A stretch of 64,000 nt of DNA from Bdellovibrionales bacterium. GTDB lineage: Bacteria; Bdellovibrionota; Bdellovibrionia; Bdellovibrionales; JAMPXM01. Below the pieces are notes generated by a model. The model searched no databases. It worked only from the letters and a program-made list of their open reading frames with translations, and was not told the origin of the DNA. Of this stretch, positions 19,178 through 27,913 are shown one piece after another (the first letter of the stretch is position 1; every line of letters begins with the position of its first letter). The position numbers and the translations under genes were made by a program. The stretch covers positions 133,079 to 197,078 of the forward strand of contig JADJOF010000004.1 of NCBI GenBank assembly GCA_016713885.1. Reading direction: 5' to 3'.

Positions 19178-20266
19178 TTAAGCTTTTGGCTTTGTGTGCA
19201 CGGCGTACTTTTCAAACTCGCCGTACTCATGCAGCTTGTTATAGAGCGTCTTGATGGTGATACCGAGTGCGTTCGCGGCCTGTGTCTTATTGCCGTCGAA
19301 GTAGTTCAGCGCCTTCAAGATATAACGTTTCTCAAGTTCATAGAGAGTGGTCGTCGGATCGTAATCGTCCGTCGTCACCTTCTGCTCAGGATTCAAAATA
19401 TGCTCTGGCAAATCACCGGGCATGATGGTGTGGCCATCAGCCAAGATCTGGAGACGCTCGCAAACGTTCTGGAGTTCGCGAATGTTTCCTGGCCAGTCGT
19501 AGCGCATAACGATCTTCATCGCGTCTTCGCTCATCGCACGGCCACGGTTCAAAATGCGGTTTTGACCACGAGCCAAGAAGTACTCAACGAGAAGCGGAAT
19601 ATCTTCTTTACGACGACGGAGCGGTGGCGACTGAACCGTGATCGTGTTGATGCGATAGTACAGATCTTCGCGGAAGTTGCCGCGACCGACTTCAGCGTCG
19701 AGCTCACGGTTTGTCGCCGAGATCAGACGGATATCGACCTTGATTGGATCCTTACCGCCGACGCGGAAGATTTCACCCTCTTGAATAAAGCGAAGAAGCT
19801 TCGACTGAATTCCAGGAGAGAGCTCGCCGATTTCGTCGAGGAACAATGTTCCGCCGTTGGCCGCCTCAGCCAAACCGATTTTGCGAGTGTAAGCACCAGT
19901 GAAAGAACCTTTCTCGTGACCGAAGAGTTCGGACTCAAGAAGAGTTTCGCGCAGAGCGCCGCAGTTGATCGCGACGAAAGGCTTGTTACGACGGTTTGAG
20001 CGCTCGTGGATCGCTTTCGCGATCAGCTCTTTACCTGTCCCCGACTCACCCAGAACCAATACAGTCGCTGTTGAGGGAGAAACGCGGTCGATCATTTTCA
20101 TCAGTTGCCGCATGACCTCTGATTTGTAGACGATAGTCTTATCAGAACCCGTGGCCGAGCCCTGGATGGCTGTCTCGGGCGCTGTAGCTTGAGAGCCTGT
20201 CATTCCAGTGTTTGTGCCTGGGAGGGCGGCTCCGGGAAGGATCGGGGTGTTATCAAACTGCGACAT
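19178..20266 (-). CDS. Sigma-54-dependent transcriptional activator (AAA+ plus Fis-type HTH, no receiver domain)
   Basis: 362 aa with '[19 protein letters not shown]', the GAFTGA-type loop '[15 protein letters not shown]' and a C-terminal HTH '[21 protein letters not shown]'. Only about 50 low-complexity residues precede the AAA+ core. Confidence 0.9.
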   Translation of the reverse strand: MSQFDNTPILPGAALPGTNTGMTGSQATAPETAIQGSATGSDKTIVYKSEVMRQLMKMIDRVSPSTATVLVLGESGTGKELIAKAIHERSNRRNKPFVAINCGALRETLLESELFGHEKGSFTGAYTRKIGLAEAANGGTLFLDEIGELSPGIQSKLLRFIQEGEIFRVGGKDPIKVDIRLISATNRELDAEVGRGNFREDLYYRINTITVQSPPLRRRKEDIPLLVEYFLARGQNRILNRGRAMSEDAMKIVMRYDWPGNIRELQNVCERLQILADGHTIMPGDLPEHILNPEQKVTTDDYDPTTTLYELEKRYILKALNYFDGNKTQAANALGITIKTLYNKLHEYGEFEKYAVHTKPKA

Positions 20267-20398
20267 ACGTACAACCTCGCTTGTGCGAACCTATTGTTTT
20301 GCCGTTCGCCGTTTGACCGTCCCCTCAGGTCCAGTCTCACTTTGATACAGCGCGTTGAGAGTTTGTAACGCATTGCAGAAAAAACTGCAAGGAAGTTT

Positions 20399-21418
20399 TT
20401 GCTACGAAATGAAAAAACTGCGCCCAGCCCCCCTTTCAACCCCCCACCCGAGCCCTTGCCAGGCCCGAATTGGCTGCTGCCATATATTTATAAGTATTTG
20501 AATTTTATGACTTTTATTGAATCTTCATCCCCCCACACCCTTCGCGCCTACCGGGGAGATCTCGCGCAAGCGTTCGGAATCGAAATTTCTTTAGAAAAGG
20601 CGATGGAGGGGCAGGACGGGTCCCCGGCGGCCCTCGGTTCCGACCACGAAACGAAGCTCAAGGAGCTCGCCCGCCGCGCCGGGACGACCTGGAGTGGCCT
20701 CCAGCCGGCCTCGAAGAACCGCAAAACAGCGACGCTCAAGTCCTTCCTGCACTGGCTGCAGAGCGAGGGGTTGATTCAAAACGACCTTGGAAGCCGCCTG
20801 CATTCGCCCAAAGTCCCCATTCGACTTCCCAAACACCTCAGCGTCGATGAAGCGATTGCCTTGGTGCAGACGACGGCGGCCGTGGCAAACGCGCCCGAGC
20901 ACGACGAGAAGGATTTAAGGACCTTCGTGCTCATCATGCTGCTCTACGGTGGCGGCCTGCGCGTATCAGAGGCGTGCGGGCTTAAGTGGTCGCACGTGAG
21001 TCTCGATGCGCCGTCGGTGCGCGTTCGCGGCAAAGGCGACAAAGAACGCATCGTGAGTTTGCCGCGCCTGGTGGCGCCTCCGCTTTTGGCCCTTCGCAAT
21101 CAGAGTCAGAATCAAAACCAGAAAACTGAGTTCGTTTTTGGCAGCGAGCCGCTGTCGACTCGGCTCGCGTACGACTTGGTCCGCCTTGCCGGTGAGCGCG
21201 CGGGTCTTGTACGCAAGGTCCACCCCCACATGCTCCGCCACAGCTTTGCCACTCACTTGCTTCGCTCTGGAGCAAACCTTCGCACACTGCAAGAACTGCT
21301 TGGACATTCATCACTTCAGGCCACCAGCCGCTACACCCACATCGGGCTTGATCAGCTGGCTCGCACCATGGAGGCCCATCACCCTCTTTCGCAAACTCCG
21401 AAAAAGCCCATCTCTTGA
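20399..21418 (+). CDS. Tyrosine recombinase, XerC/XerD-like
   Basis: 339 aa with 'TLRAYRGDLAQAF', 'GGGLRVSEACGLKW' and 'HPHMLRHSFATHLLRSGANLRTLQELLGHSSLQATSRYTHI'. The start codon is uncertain (TTG in the track). Confidence 0.85.
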   Translation: MLRNEKTAPSPPFNPPPEPLPGPNWLLPYIYKYLNFMTFIESSSPHTLRAYRGDLAQAFGIEISLEKAMEGQDGSPAALGSDHETKLKELARRAGTTWSGLQPASKNRKTATLKSFLHWLQSEGLIQNDLGSRLHSPKVPIRLPKHLSVDEAIALVQTTAAVANAPEHDEKDLRTFVLIMLLYGGGLRVSEACGLKWSHVSLDAPSVRVRGKGDKERIVSLPRLVAPPLLALRNQSQNQNQKTEFVFGSEPLSTRLAYDLVRLAGERAGLVRKVHPHMLRHSFATHLLRSGANLRTLQELLGHSSLQATSRYTHIGLDQLARTMEAHHPLSQTPKKPIS

Positions 21419-21450
21419 CCTCAAACCCGTAAGCCACTAGTTCCGATCCC

Positions 21451-21978
21451 ATGCGCAGCTTGAAGAAGACCGTGTTTTTGGATCGCGACGGAACTCTGAT
21501 CATCGATAAGGTCTACCTGAACGATCCCGATCAAATCGAATATCTCCCCGGCGTCTTCGATGCGCTTCGCCTGCTCCGCGATCACGGCTATCAATTTATC
21601 GTCGTCACCAATCAATCCGGAATCGCAAGACGGCTTGTCGAGATGGACAATCTCGATGAAACGCATCGGCGCATGCAGGCCGAGTTCGCTCGCCACGGGG
21701 TCGACCTCAGCCGGTTTTACTACGCGCCCTACTCTGTCGAGAGCAATCACTACATCCGTAAACCCAATCCCGGAATGCTCTTGCGCGGAGCGCTGGACCA
21801 CTCCGTCGATCTTAAACAAAGCTGGATGGTGGGAGATCGCTGGAGCGACGTTGAGGCCGGCCAAAAGGCGGGCTGTCGCACCGTTTTCTTAAGCGGCGGC
21901 GAAGCGCCTCAAGGCGAAGCGGATATTATGACCGCAAGCCTCCTTGAAGCCGCGCAATTGATGGTTGCATCAAACTGA
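21451..21978 (+). CDS. gmhB: D-glycero-D-manno-heptose 1,7-bisphosphate phosphatase (HAD, histidinol-phosphatase-like)
   Basis: 175 aa with 'VFLDRDGTLIIDKVYLNDPDQIEYLPGV...FIVVTNQSGIARR...RKPNPGML...MVGDRWSDVEAG'. Confidence 0.8.
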   Translation: MRSLKKTVFLDRDGTLIIDKVYLNDPDQIEYLPGVFDALRLLRDHGYQFIVVTNQSGIARRLVEMDNLDETHRRMQAEFARHGVDLSRFYYAPYSVESNHYIRKPNPGMLLRGALDHSVDLKQSWMVGDRWSDVEAGQKAGCRTVFLSGGEAPQGEADIMTASLLEAAQLMVASN

Positions 21979-22018
21979 ATCGCTCGAAGTTTCTAGCCCC
22001 GCCCCTGATTGAGACAAA

Positions 22019-22046
22019 TCAAGTTTCCCTCTAAAAATGCCGATTT
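22019..22046 (+). promoter_or_regulatory. Sigma-28 (FliA)-type promoter candidate
   Basis: 'TCAAGTTT'-N12-'GCCGATTT' against the consensus TAAAGTTT-N11-GCCGATAA (7 of 8 and 6 of 8 matches). It lies about 50 nt upstream of the ATG at 22095. Confidence 0.5.
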
Positions 22047-22094
22047 ATAAGTCTGAAACAGACCGTTATTTCGTCTTGGCGAGAGGAGAGTCGG

Positions 22095-23372
22095 ATGGCT
22101 CGCAAAACTCCATTTTCATCTTTGTTTCCGATGCTAACGGCATTGGCCACAATGCTCGCGCTGCCCTCCTTTGCCGATGCGTCGTGCGGGGAAGTTGCGA
22201 TCGCCAAAGGCGATATCAAAGTTGAAAGCGGCAAGGATAAAAAGGTTTCTGCTGCTGCGGCTGGCGCCAAAGTCTGCCAAGGCGACACCATTATCTCGGG
22301 CCCGCAGTCGCGCGCGAAGATCAAAATGGAAGACGGCAACGAACTGAATATTTCGCCCGACTCACGCATCATGCTTGAGACTTACGAGTACAAGCCGAGC
22401 GACAACAAAAAGAAAGTTATGCTGAACGTTCTCTACGGAAAGGTCCGCGCGGCCACCAAAGAAGAGAACATGTATAACGATAAAGACAAGAGCGGTCAGG
22501 CCAACACCTTTCAGGTTAAAACCAAGAGCGCCGTTGCCGGAGTTCGCGGTACTGACTTCTTGACGAGCTTTGATCGCTCGACAAGCAAAGCCGAAGTTCT
22601 GACATTTAAGGGTACCGTCGAAGTCGGCCAACCTGGTCCCGGCGGCTCGATCATGAATCCCGTTCGCGTTGGCGCCGGTGAAAAGACCGAGGCCTTCCCG
22701 GGCGCTCCACCCGCTCCGCCAAAAGCCGTTCCACCGAAAGAGATGGAGAAAGCCGGCTCTGAGTCGAAGGCCGAAACCGCAAGCAATGGACCGTCTGGCC
22801 CAGTTGATGGTGCGAAGAGCGACACTGCGAAAAAAGAGGACGATAAGAAAGACGGCGACAAGCGCGACGATCAAGCCCGTCGTGACGAGCCGAAAAAAGA
22901 AGACGGGAAGAAAGACGAGCCGAAGCGTGGTGACGACAAAAAAGAAGAGCCAAAACGCGATAGCGGTCAGCGACAAGAAGCTCGCCGTGACGAGCCGAAG
23001 CAAGACTCAAATGGCTCGGGCTCATCCTCCAGTGGCAGCTCGCCTGGTGGGCCAGCAAAAAGTCCAGGTGGAACAGCCACAAACTCTGGCGGCACAAATG
23101 GAGGCAATCCACCGGTTGCCGGTACAGGTCCAGTTGGCGATCAACGTCAGCCGGCCAGCGTCCCGATGCCGGGCGGATCGATGATCGATCGCGGAGATCT
23201 TGCGTTGGCGCCGTCGCCAGGCATGGCGCTTCCGCCGATGAACACAATTCCAGTCTATGTTCCACCAGTGATCAACCAACTGCCGACAACAGTCCCAGTC
23301 TGCGATCTGTGCAACAGGACCATCGAAAGTGGTCCAGCCAAGGTAAACGTCAAGATCATCATCGGAAACTGA
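22095..23372 (+). CDS. FecR-domain protein with Lys/Asp/Glu-rich and Pro/Gly-rich low-complexity regions
   Basis: 425 aa with a signal peptide 'MLTALATMLALPSFADA', a FecR-like 'GDIKVESGKDKKV...VCQGDTIISGPQSRAKIKMEDGNELNISPDSRI' and then 'KKEDDKKDGDKRDD...' repeats. Confidence 0.75.
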   Translation: MARKTPFSSLFPMLTALATMLALPSFADASCGEVAIAKGDIKVESGKDKKVSAAAAGAKVCQGDTIISGPQSRAKIKMEDGNELNISPDSRIMLETYEYKPSDNKKKVMLNVLYGKVRAATKEENMYNDKDKSGQANTFQVKTKSAVAGVRGTDFLTSFDRSTSKAEVLTFKGTVEVGQPGPGGSIMNPVRVGAGEKTEAFPGAPPAPPKAVPPKEMEKAGSESKAETASNGPSGPVDGAKSDTAKKEDDKKDGDKRDDQARRDEPKKEDGKKDEPKRGDDKKEEPKRDSGQRQEARRDEPKQDSNGSGSSSSGSSPGGPAKSPGGTATNSGGTNGGNPPVAGTGPVGDQRQPASVPMPGGSMIDRGDLALAPSPGMALPPMNTIPVYVPPVINQLPTTVPVCDLCNRTIESGPAKVNVKIIIGN

Positions 23373-23435
23373 TGCCAGATTGGCTGAAGTCTCGATAAAC
23401 TAACGGGAGTCTCTATTCATCTTTGAGGAGCTCCC

Positions 23436-25673
23436 GTGTCGAAACACGTTCGATTCACTCCATTAATTGCCTTTCTGATCACGACTCTGTCACTCGTCTC
23501 GCCGAGCGAAGGTGCACCGGCAGCGCTGCCGAAGAAAAAACACTCCGCGAAGACTACAAAAACTGCGCCCCAGGCTGCGCCACCAGCAACAGCTCCCGCT
23601 CCTGCTGACGAGAACAGCGAAGACGGACCAGAGCCCGAAGTTGCGCCCCGGAGGCCCGGTGTCGGGATCGATGCCGCAAGTGCGATTCGTCTCAATTACG
23701 GACGCAACTCTTGGAATCGCAATTCCACACAGGTCGATGCTGCCGCGATCTTTCTTAAGGAAGGAGCCACCGGTCGCATCGTCCAAATCGAAGTCGAAGA
23801 AACGGCACCGGACTCGGCTGTCTTTTCGGGGACCTACTCCATCAATTGGAAAAATCTCGACAATCTCCGCATCGAATTTTATGCACCACCTCAGGAACTA
23901 CTCCTCAATCTCGCTGGTCGCCGTAAAATCACGTCCATGATCGAAAAGAAAGAGCTGCGCCGACTTCCCTTCGTTTTGCGTCGAGATCCGACAACGGGGC
24001 TACAGAATGTCGAGCTTTTCGATAGTCCCGACCAGGCCCGCTTTGCCTTCAAAGCTTTCCAGGCGGAACAACAGCTACTCGTTGCGCTTCAAAATAAACT
24101 CGCCAATCGCGACCAGACACTCGATACCGCGCGGCTCGCTATGGAAAAGCAAGAGCTTGAAGACGCAAGCCGCAACCTCGCCGAACGCGTTCGTCTCGGA
24201 CAGTTGGAAGCTCAGAAACTGGCCCAGCTCCTTCAGGGCTTTGCCAATGCTTCACCTGAAGAGCGAGCTCGCAGAAAGTCGGAAGCAGAAAAAATCGCAG
24301 ATCAAGCACTCCTCGATTACCGTGCCGGTCGCTTCAAAGAGGCGCGTGATTCATTTGAGAAAGCCGTCGAGCTTGATCCCTCTAATCGCGGCTACTACTT
24401 TCAGTACGGCGTAACGCTCTATAAACTCGAGGACTTCAATCGCTCGCTCGTTTACCTCGAGCTTGCCGAAGGAAAAGACGTCAACCCTCTGGAACGCGAT
24501 TTCTACAAAGGCCTAAACTTCTACCGCCTCAAAGACTCGACTTCTGCACTTTCCGCATTTGAGTCGGTCGCGAAAGCCGGTGATCGCAACCTTTCACCAT
24601 CGGCCGTGTTCTATCGTGGCTTGATCTACTTTGAACGTAAGAAGTGGGAAGAAGCGCGCAACGAGTTTCAAAAAGTTCTTGATAGCTCCAGTGATCCCGC
24701 ACTCGACGAACAAGCGGAAGCCTATATTGAGCAGATTCTCCGACAACAGCAGTTCGAAGCCGCACGCGCCCAGAAGTGGTCGGTCGGTGCGACGTTAGGC
24801 TTCATGTACGACGACAACGTCATCCTGAGTTCTGACTCTGATCGTGACCGCGGAACGGCAACAAACTCGGCGGCATGGCGAACACTGTTTCAAGGCAATG
24901 CTCGCTATCGCCCCATCTATGAAGAAACTCGCGAGTTCGCGGCCCAACTCGACTTCTTGACGATGTACTCGGTCGACACCAGCCTGCAGATCGACCAAAG
25001 CATTCGGAACTCCGACCCCACCGTTCTAGGACTGACGCTCCCATGGACACAAAAGGGAATGGTTCTCGGCAAGGGCCACAAAATGGACTTCGTACCCGGT
25101 TACGAGATGACCTACATGAGTATCGACAACAACGAGTGGAAGGCGATTTTCACTTCCTTTACCTTTGGCTTTCAGAATCTGCTCGTCATGCGCGACACCT
25201 GGTTCACCAACATCAACCTCGATGTTCGCCAAGACACATCCAATGTCTCGTCGTCCACCGGCGACAACAACGCCACCGCACTGAAATCAAAGCTCGGTTG
25301 GTCGAACATCAACATGATCTCGGACGACAAGAAGCAGCTGCTCCTGAGCGAAGTCGCATACACGTTGAACAACTCTCAAGGAAAAAACTCTGTTTTCAAT
25401 CGCCTTGACCTTGGCGTCGGCTACATTCGCCCATGGAAGTGGGACACCACCTTCAATTCAAAGCTTGGTTATTTCCTCCTGAACTATCCGGAGAATTCCA
25501 ACGGTCGCGTCGACAACAGCTACTCACTAACCGCGGGCCTTAGCCGCAAGGTTTGGGATGAAGTCACCGGCGGACTCACCGCGATTTACAATATCAACAA
25601 CTCAAATGTTGAGGCCAATCAGTACAAGAAGTTCTCACTGCTCCTCAGCTTCTCGACGAACAAGATGTTCTAG
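23436..25673 (+). CDS. TPR-repeat protein with a predicted C-terminal outer-membrane beta-barrel
   Basis: 745 aa from a GTG start, with a signal peptide and TPR-like 'GRFKEARDSFEKAVELDPSNRGYYFQYGVTLYKLEDFNRS'. The C-terminal half has alternating beta-strand-like sequence and ends in '...LLSFSTNKMF' (terminal Phe). Confidence 0.65.
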   Translation: MSKHVRFTPLIAFLITTLSLVSPSEGAPAALPKKKHSAKTTKTAPQAAPPATAPAPADENSEDGPEPEVAPRRPGVGIDAASAIRLNYGRNSWNRNSTQVDAAAIFLKEGATGRIVQIEVEETAPDSAVFSGTYSINWKNLDNLRIEFYAPPQELLLNLAGRRKITSMIEKKELRRLPFVLRRDPTTGLQNVELFDSPDQARFAFKAFQAEQQLLVALQNKLANRDQTLDTARLAMEKQELEDASRNLAERVRLGQLEAQKLAQLLQGFANASPEERARRKSEAEKIADQALLDYRAGRFKEARDSFEKAVELDPSNRGYYFQYGVTLYKLEDFNRSLVYLELAEGKDVNPLERDFYKGLNFYRLKDSTSALSAFESVAKAGDRNLSPSAVFYRGLIYFERKKWEEARNEFQKVLDSSSDPALDEQAEAYIEQILRQQQFEAARAQKWSVGATLGFMYDDNVILSSDSDRDRGTATNSAAWRTLFQGNARYRPIYEETREFAAQLDFLTMYSVDTSLQIDQSIRNSDPTVLGLTLPWTQKGMVLGKGHKMDFVPGYEMTYMSIDNNEWKAIFTSFTFGFQNLLVMRDTWFTNINLDVRQDTSNVSSSTGDNNATALKSKLGWSNINMISDDKKQLLLSEVAYTLNNSQGKNSVFNRLDLGVGYIRPWKWDTTFNSKLGYFLLNYPENSNGRVDNSYSLTAGLSRKVWDEVTGGLTAIYNINNSNVEANQYKKFSLLLSFSTNKMF

Positions 25674-25688
25674 TTCGACCCTCCGCAG

Positions 25689-25719
25689 CTTCCGGCGCCG
25701 GAAGCTGGGAGGCGTCATC
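25689..25719. repeat. 31-bp repeat, copy L (palindromic core CTTCCGGCGCCGGAAG)
   Basis: 'CTTCCGGCGCCGGAAGCTGGGAGGCGTCATC' matches 29003-29033 at 29 of 31 positions. Here it is embedded in a longer hairpin (25677-25712, about 16 bp with one bulge), immediately after the stop of 23436..25673. Confidence 0.85.
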
Positions 25720-25804
25720 TCTCAAGTTCAATTGGATCGCCGGAAAGCGCTTGGATGCGCCGTTGCGGTTTAATTTTCAACAGTATGTTGAAAATTAAAT
25801 TGCG

Positions 25805-25813
25805 GAGCACGGT
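25805..25813. repeat. Target-site duplication (left) of the IS4-like element
   Basis: 'GAGCACGGT' lies directly outside the left inverted repeat. The identical 9-mer lies directly outside the right inverted repeat at 27077-27085. Confidence 0.75.
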
Positions 25814-27076
25814 CACTGCTGACCGGCTGATTCATTAAACAAAACAAATAGTTGCCAGCCTTCCGCAAGGTTGGTTTGATTTTTTTGCGAAGAAAGATCA
25901 ACGCCAAGGAAAGGCGGCAACTGTGAAGCAGGATTGCAAAGAGCGGTCGCTCTTTCAACTGATTGATCGAAAAAATTCGATCCACTCGTTCAAAAATGGA
26001 AAATCGATCGCGGTGTAAGAACTTTTTCGACCTGGGAAATGACGCAAGCTCTTTTGTCGTGTTTCGTGATGCGACTTGGATCGTTTCGAGAAGTCGAGGC
26101 CGCACTGAAAATTCCTGACTCAACTTTCGGCGACGCGCTAGAGATCGGCACTTCGGTTTTTTCAAGAACTCTGCGATCTTATTCTCCTCGAGATTCGCGG
26201 TCGAACAGAAAGTCGAAAACTCAAAAAAGCAATTCGTGAAATTCTGGCCATCGACTCTTCCGAAGTTCGAGTCCACGGAAGTCTTTTTGGCGAACCGGGA
26301 TGGAAACAGAAGTATACCATCGGCCACAAAGCAGCGGCAAAAATTCACGTCGTTTGGAATGTCGACGGCGAATGGATTGATGATTTCAAGATTACGCCGT
26401 GCTGATCTGGCGACTCCACGGTCAGCTTCCAACTTCGCATTTTACCTATGAAAATGTACGTTTTTGATCGTGCATACAACGACTTTGGCTTTTGGCAGAA
26501 AATCGTCGCCAATGGATCTGACTTCACGACGCGGCTGAAGGCATCAAAGACGAATCGAGATCTTGAACGAAAGGTTTTGCGCGGGCAAAAAGAAAAATCC
26601 GGGGTTCTGTACGACGAAGAATATATTTCGACCGCACCCGCGGCAAAGTTCTCGGCGATAAAACTTCGTCACATTATTTACCGCGACAAGCTGACTCAGA
26701 AAGTCTTCCATTTTGTGACGTCGGATCAGAAAGCCAGCGCTAAAATGATCGCGAACATTTACAAACGTCGGTGGGCAGTCGAACTTTTGTTCCGTTGGAT
26801 GAAAGGACATCTCGATATTCGTCGGCTGCCGCTAAAAACTCCGAACGCGATCCATACTCAACTTGCGATCGCAGTTCTTGTTCAACTTCTTTTGCAGCTG
26901 AAAAAGATCATTTCGAAGTTTAAAGGAACTTTGTGGGAACTTCTGCGCGAGATGCGAACCGCGTTCGCGCGAAAAGTCCTTCAGGGATGCGGGCCTCCGG
27001 ACGGCTGCCGCTGGAGCGCCGCTGCCGGCGAGGATCTCGCGTTATGATTTCTTAAGAAATAAACCGGTCAGCAGTG
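25814..27076 (+). mobile_element. IS4/IS5-superfamily insertion sequence (about 1.26 kb)
   Basis: The terminal inverted repeats are 'CACTGCTGACCGG' (25814-25826) and 'CCGGTCAGCAGTG' (27064-27076), with partial matches further inward. A 9-bp direct duplication flanks the element, and it encodes a DDE transposase with 'YKRRWAVELLFRWMKGHL'. Confidence 0.85.
25923..27047 (+). pseudogene. IS4-family DDE transposase, interrupted as assembled
   Basis: The conserved sequence runs across three frames: '...SLFQLIDRK', then 'KFDPLVQKWKIDRGVRTFSTWEMTQALLSCFVMRLGSFREVE...', then 'FQELCDLILLEI...AIDSSEVRVHGSLFGEPGWK...HVVWNVDGEWIDDFKITPC*SGDS...YVFDRAYNDF...'. The frame changes fall at an A6 run (25970-25975) and a T6 run (26157-26162). 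There is also an in-frame TGA at 26403-26405. Confidence 0.8.
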
Positions 27077-27085
27077 GAGCACGGT
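27077..27085. repeat. Target-site duplication (right) of the IS4-like element
   Basis: 'GAGCACGGT' is identical to 25805-25813. Confidence 0.75.
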
Positions 27086-27106
27086 CGAAAATGATTCTTT
27101 CGCGCC

Positions 27107-27913
27107 ATGAACAGCACCGACTATTTTCAAGAATTCTTGGCCACTGAGCTCGCGCGAAGGTGCGAACGCAATCCACGATATTCGACACGAGCGTTTGCAA
27201 AGGCCTTGGATGTCGACGCGGGCTCTCTTTCTCGCATCCTGTCCGGGAAGCAAATTCCTTCGCACAAAGTATGTGAGACAATTTTTTCTAAACTTGAGCT
27301 GACGCCAACGGCTCAGAAAAAGTTCTTAAAGTCAGTGGCGGCCAAGCAGAAGGCACTGGGTTTTAAAAGGATTTCTCCGGCCTTTAAAGAGCTTGGAGAA
27401 AGCGCTGACGACAGGCGCCTTCTCGATACCGACATCTGGAGAACAATTGCCGATTGGTATCACGGCGCGATCATGGAACTCACATTCGTCGATGGCTTTC
27501 AGTCAGAACCAAAGTGGATTGCTCAGCAGCTCGGCGTCTCAGAGGCTGAAATCAAAATGGCTCTGACACGCCTCAAGCGGCTCGGCCTTCTTCGCGTTGA
27601 AGATGGTAAATACATCAAAACGGTCGCGCAGGTTTCATCAGGCGACAAATCGAGCACCACGGCTGCACACCGACGTTTGCAACGACAGGTCCTCACAAAA
27701 GCCGTGGACTCACTTGAGAATGATCCGCTGGACGTCCGCAACATGACCTCGATGACGATGGCGATTGATCCAAGGAAAGTTCCAGAAGCAAAAAAGATGA
27801 TTCAGAACTTCTCGCGCGAACTCTGTGCCTATCTCGAGTCAGGCAAACGAACTCAGGTTTACCAGCTCGGCGTATGTCTCTATCCAATTTCAAAAAAACA
27901 GGAGGAAAAATGA
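27107..27913 (+). CDS. Putative HTH protein of the TIGR02147/DUF4423-like paralogous family
   Basis: 268 aa with 'NPRYSTRAFAKALDVDAGSLSRILSGKQIPS' (HTH-like) and 'DWYHGAIMELTFVDGFQSEPKWIAQQLGVSEAEIKMALTRLKRLGLL'. The family assignment is from memory and needs HMM confirmation. Confidence 0.65.
   Translation: MNSTDYFQEFLATELARRCERNPRYSTRAFAKALDVDAGSLSRILSGKQIPSHKVCETIFSKLELTPTAQKKFLKSVAAKQKALGFKRISPAFKELGESADDRRLLDTDIWRTIADWYHGAIMELTFVDGFQSEPKWIAQQLGVSEAEIKMALTRLKRLGLLRVEDGKYIKTVAQVSSGDKSSTTAAHRRLQRQVLTKAVDSLENDPLDVRNMTSMTMAIDPRKVPEAKKMIQNFSRELCAYLESGKRTQVYQLGVCLYPISKKQEEK

Noticed and set aside
26403-26405. In-frame TGA codons in both IS transposases (also 37626-37628) as recoding, selenocysteine or an alternative genetic code
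   Set aside because: TGA is used as a genuine stop by many well-supported genes here (ribH, ribBA, nuoG and others). No SECIS-like context is evident and both genes also carry frameshifts. Nonsense mutations or base-call errors are the simpler explanation.
25770-26432. 220-aa minus-strand ORF inside the IS4-like element
   Set aside because: It is antisense to the region where conserved IS4 transposase sequence can be read on the + strand across frames, and it has no motif of its own.
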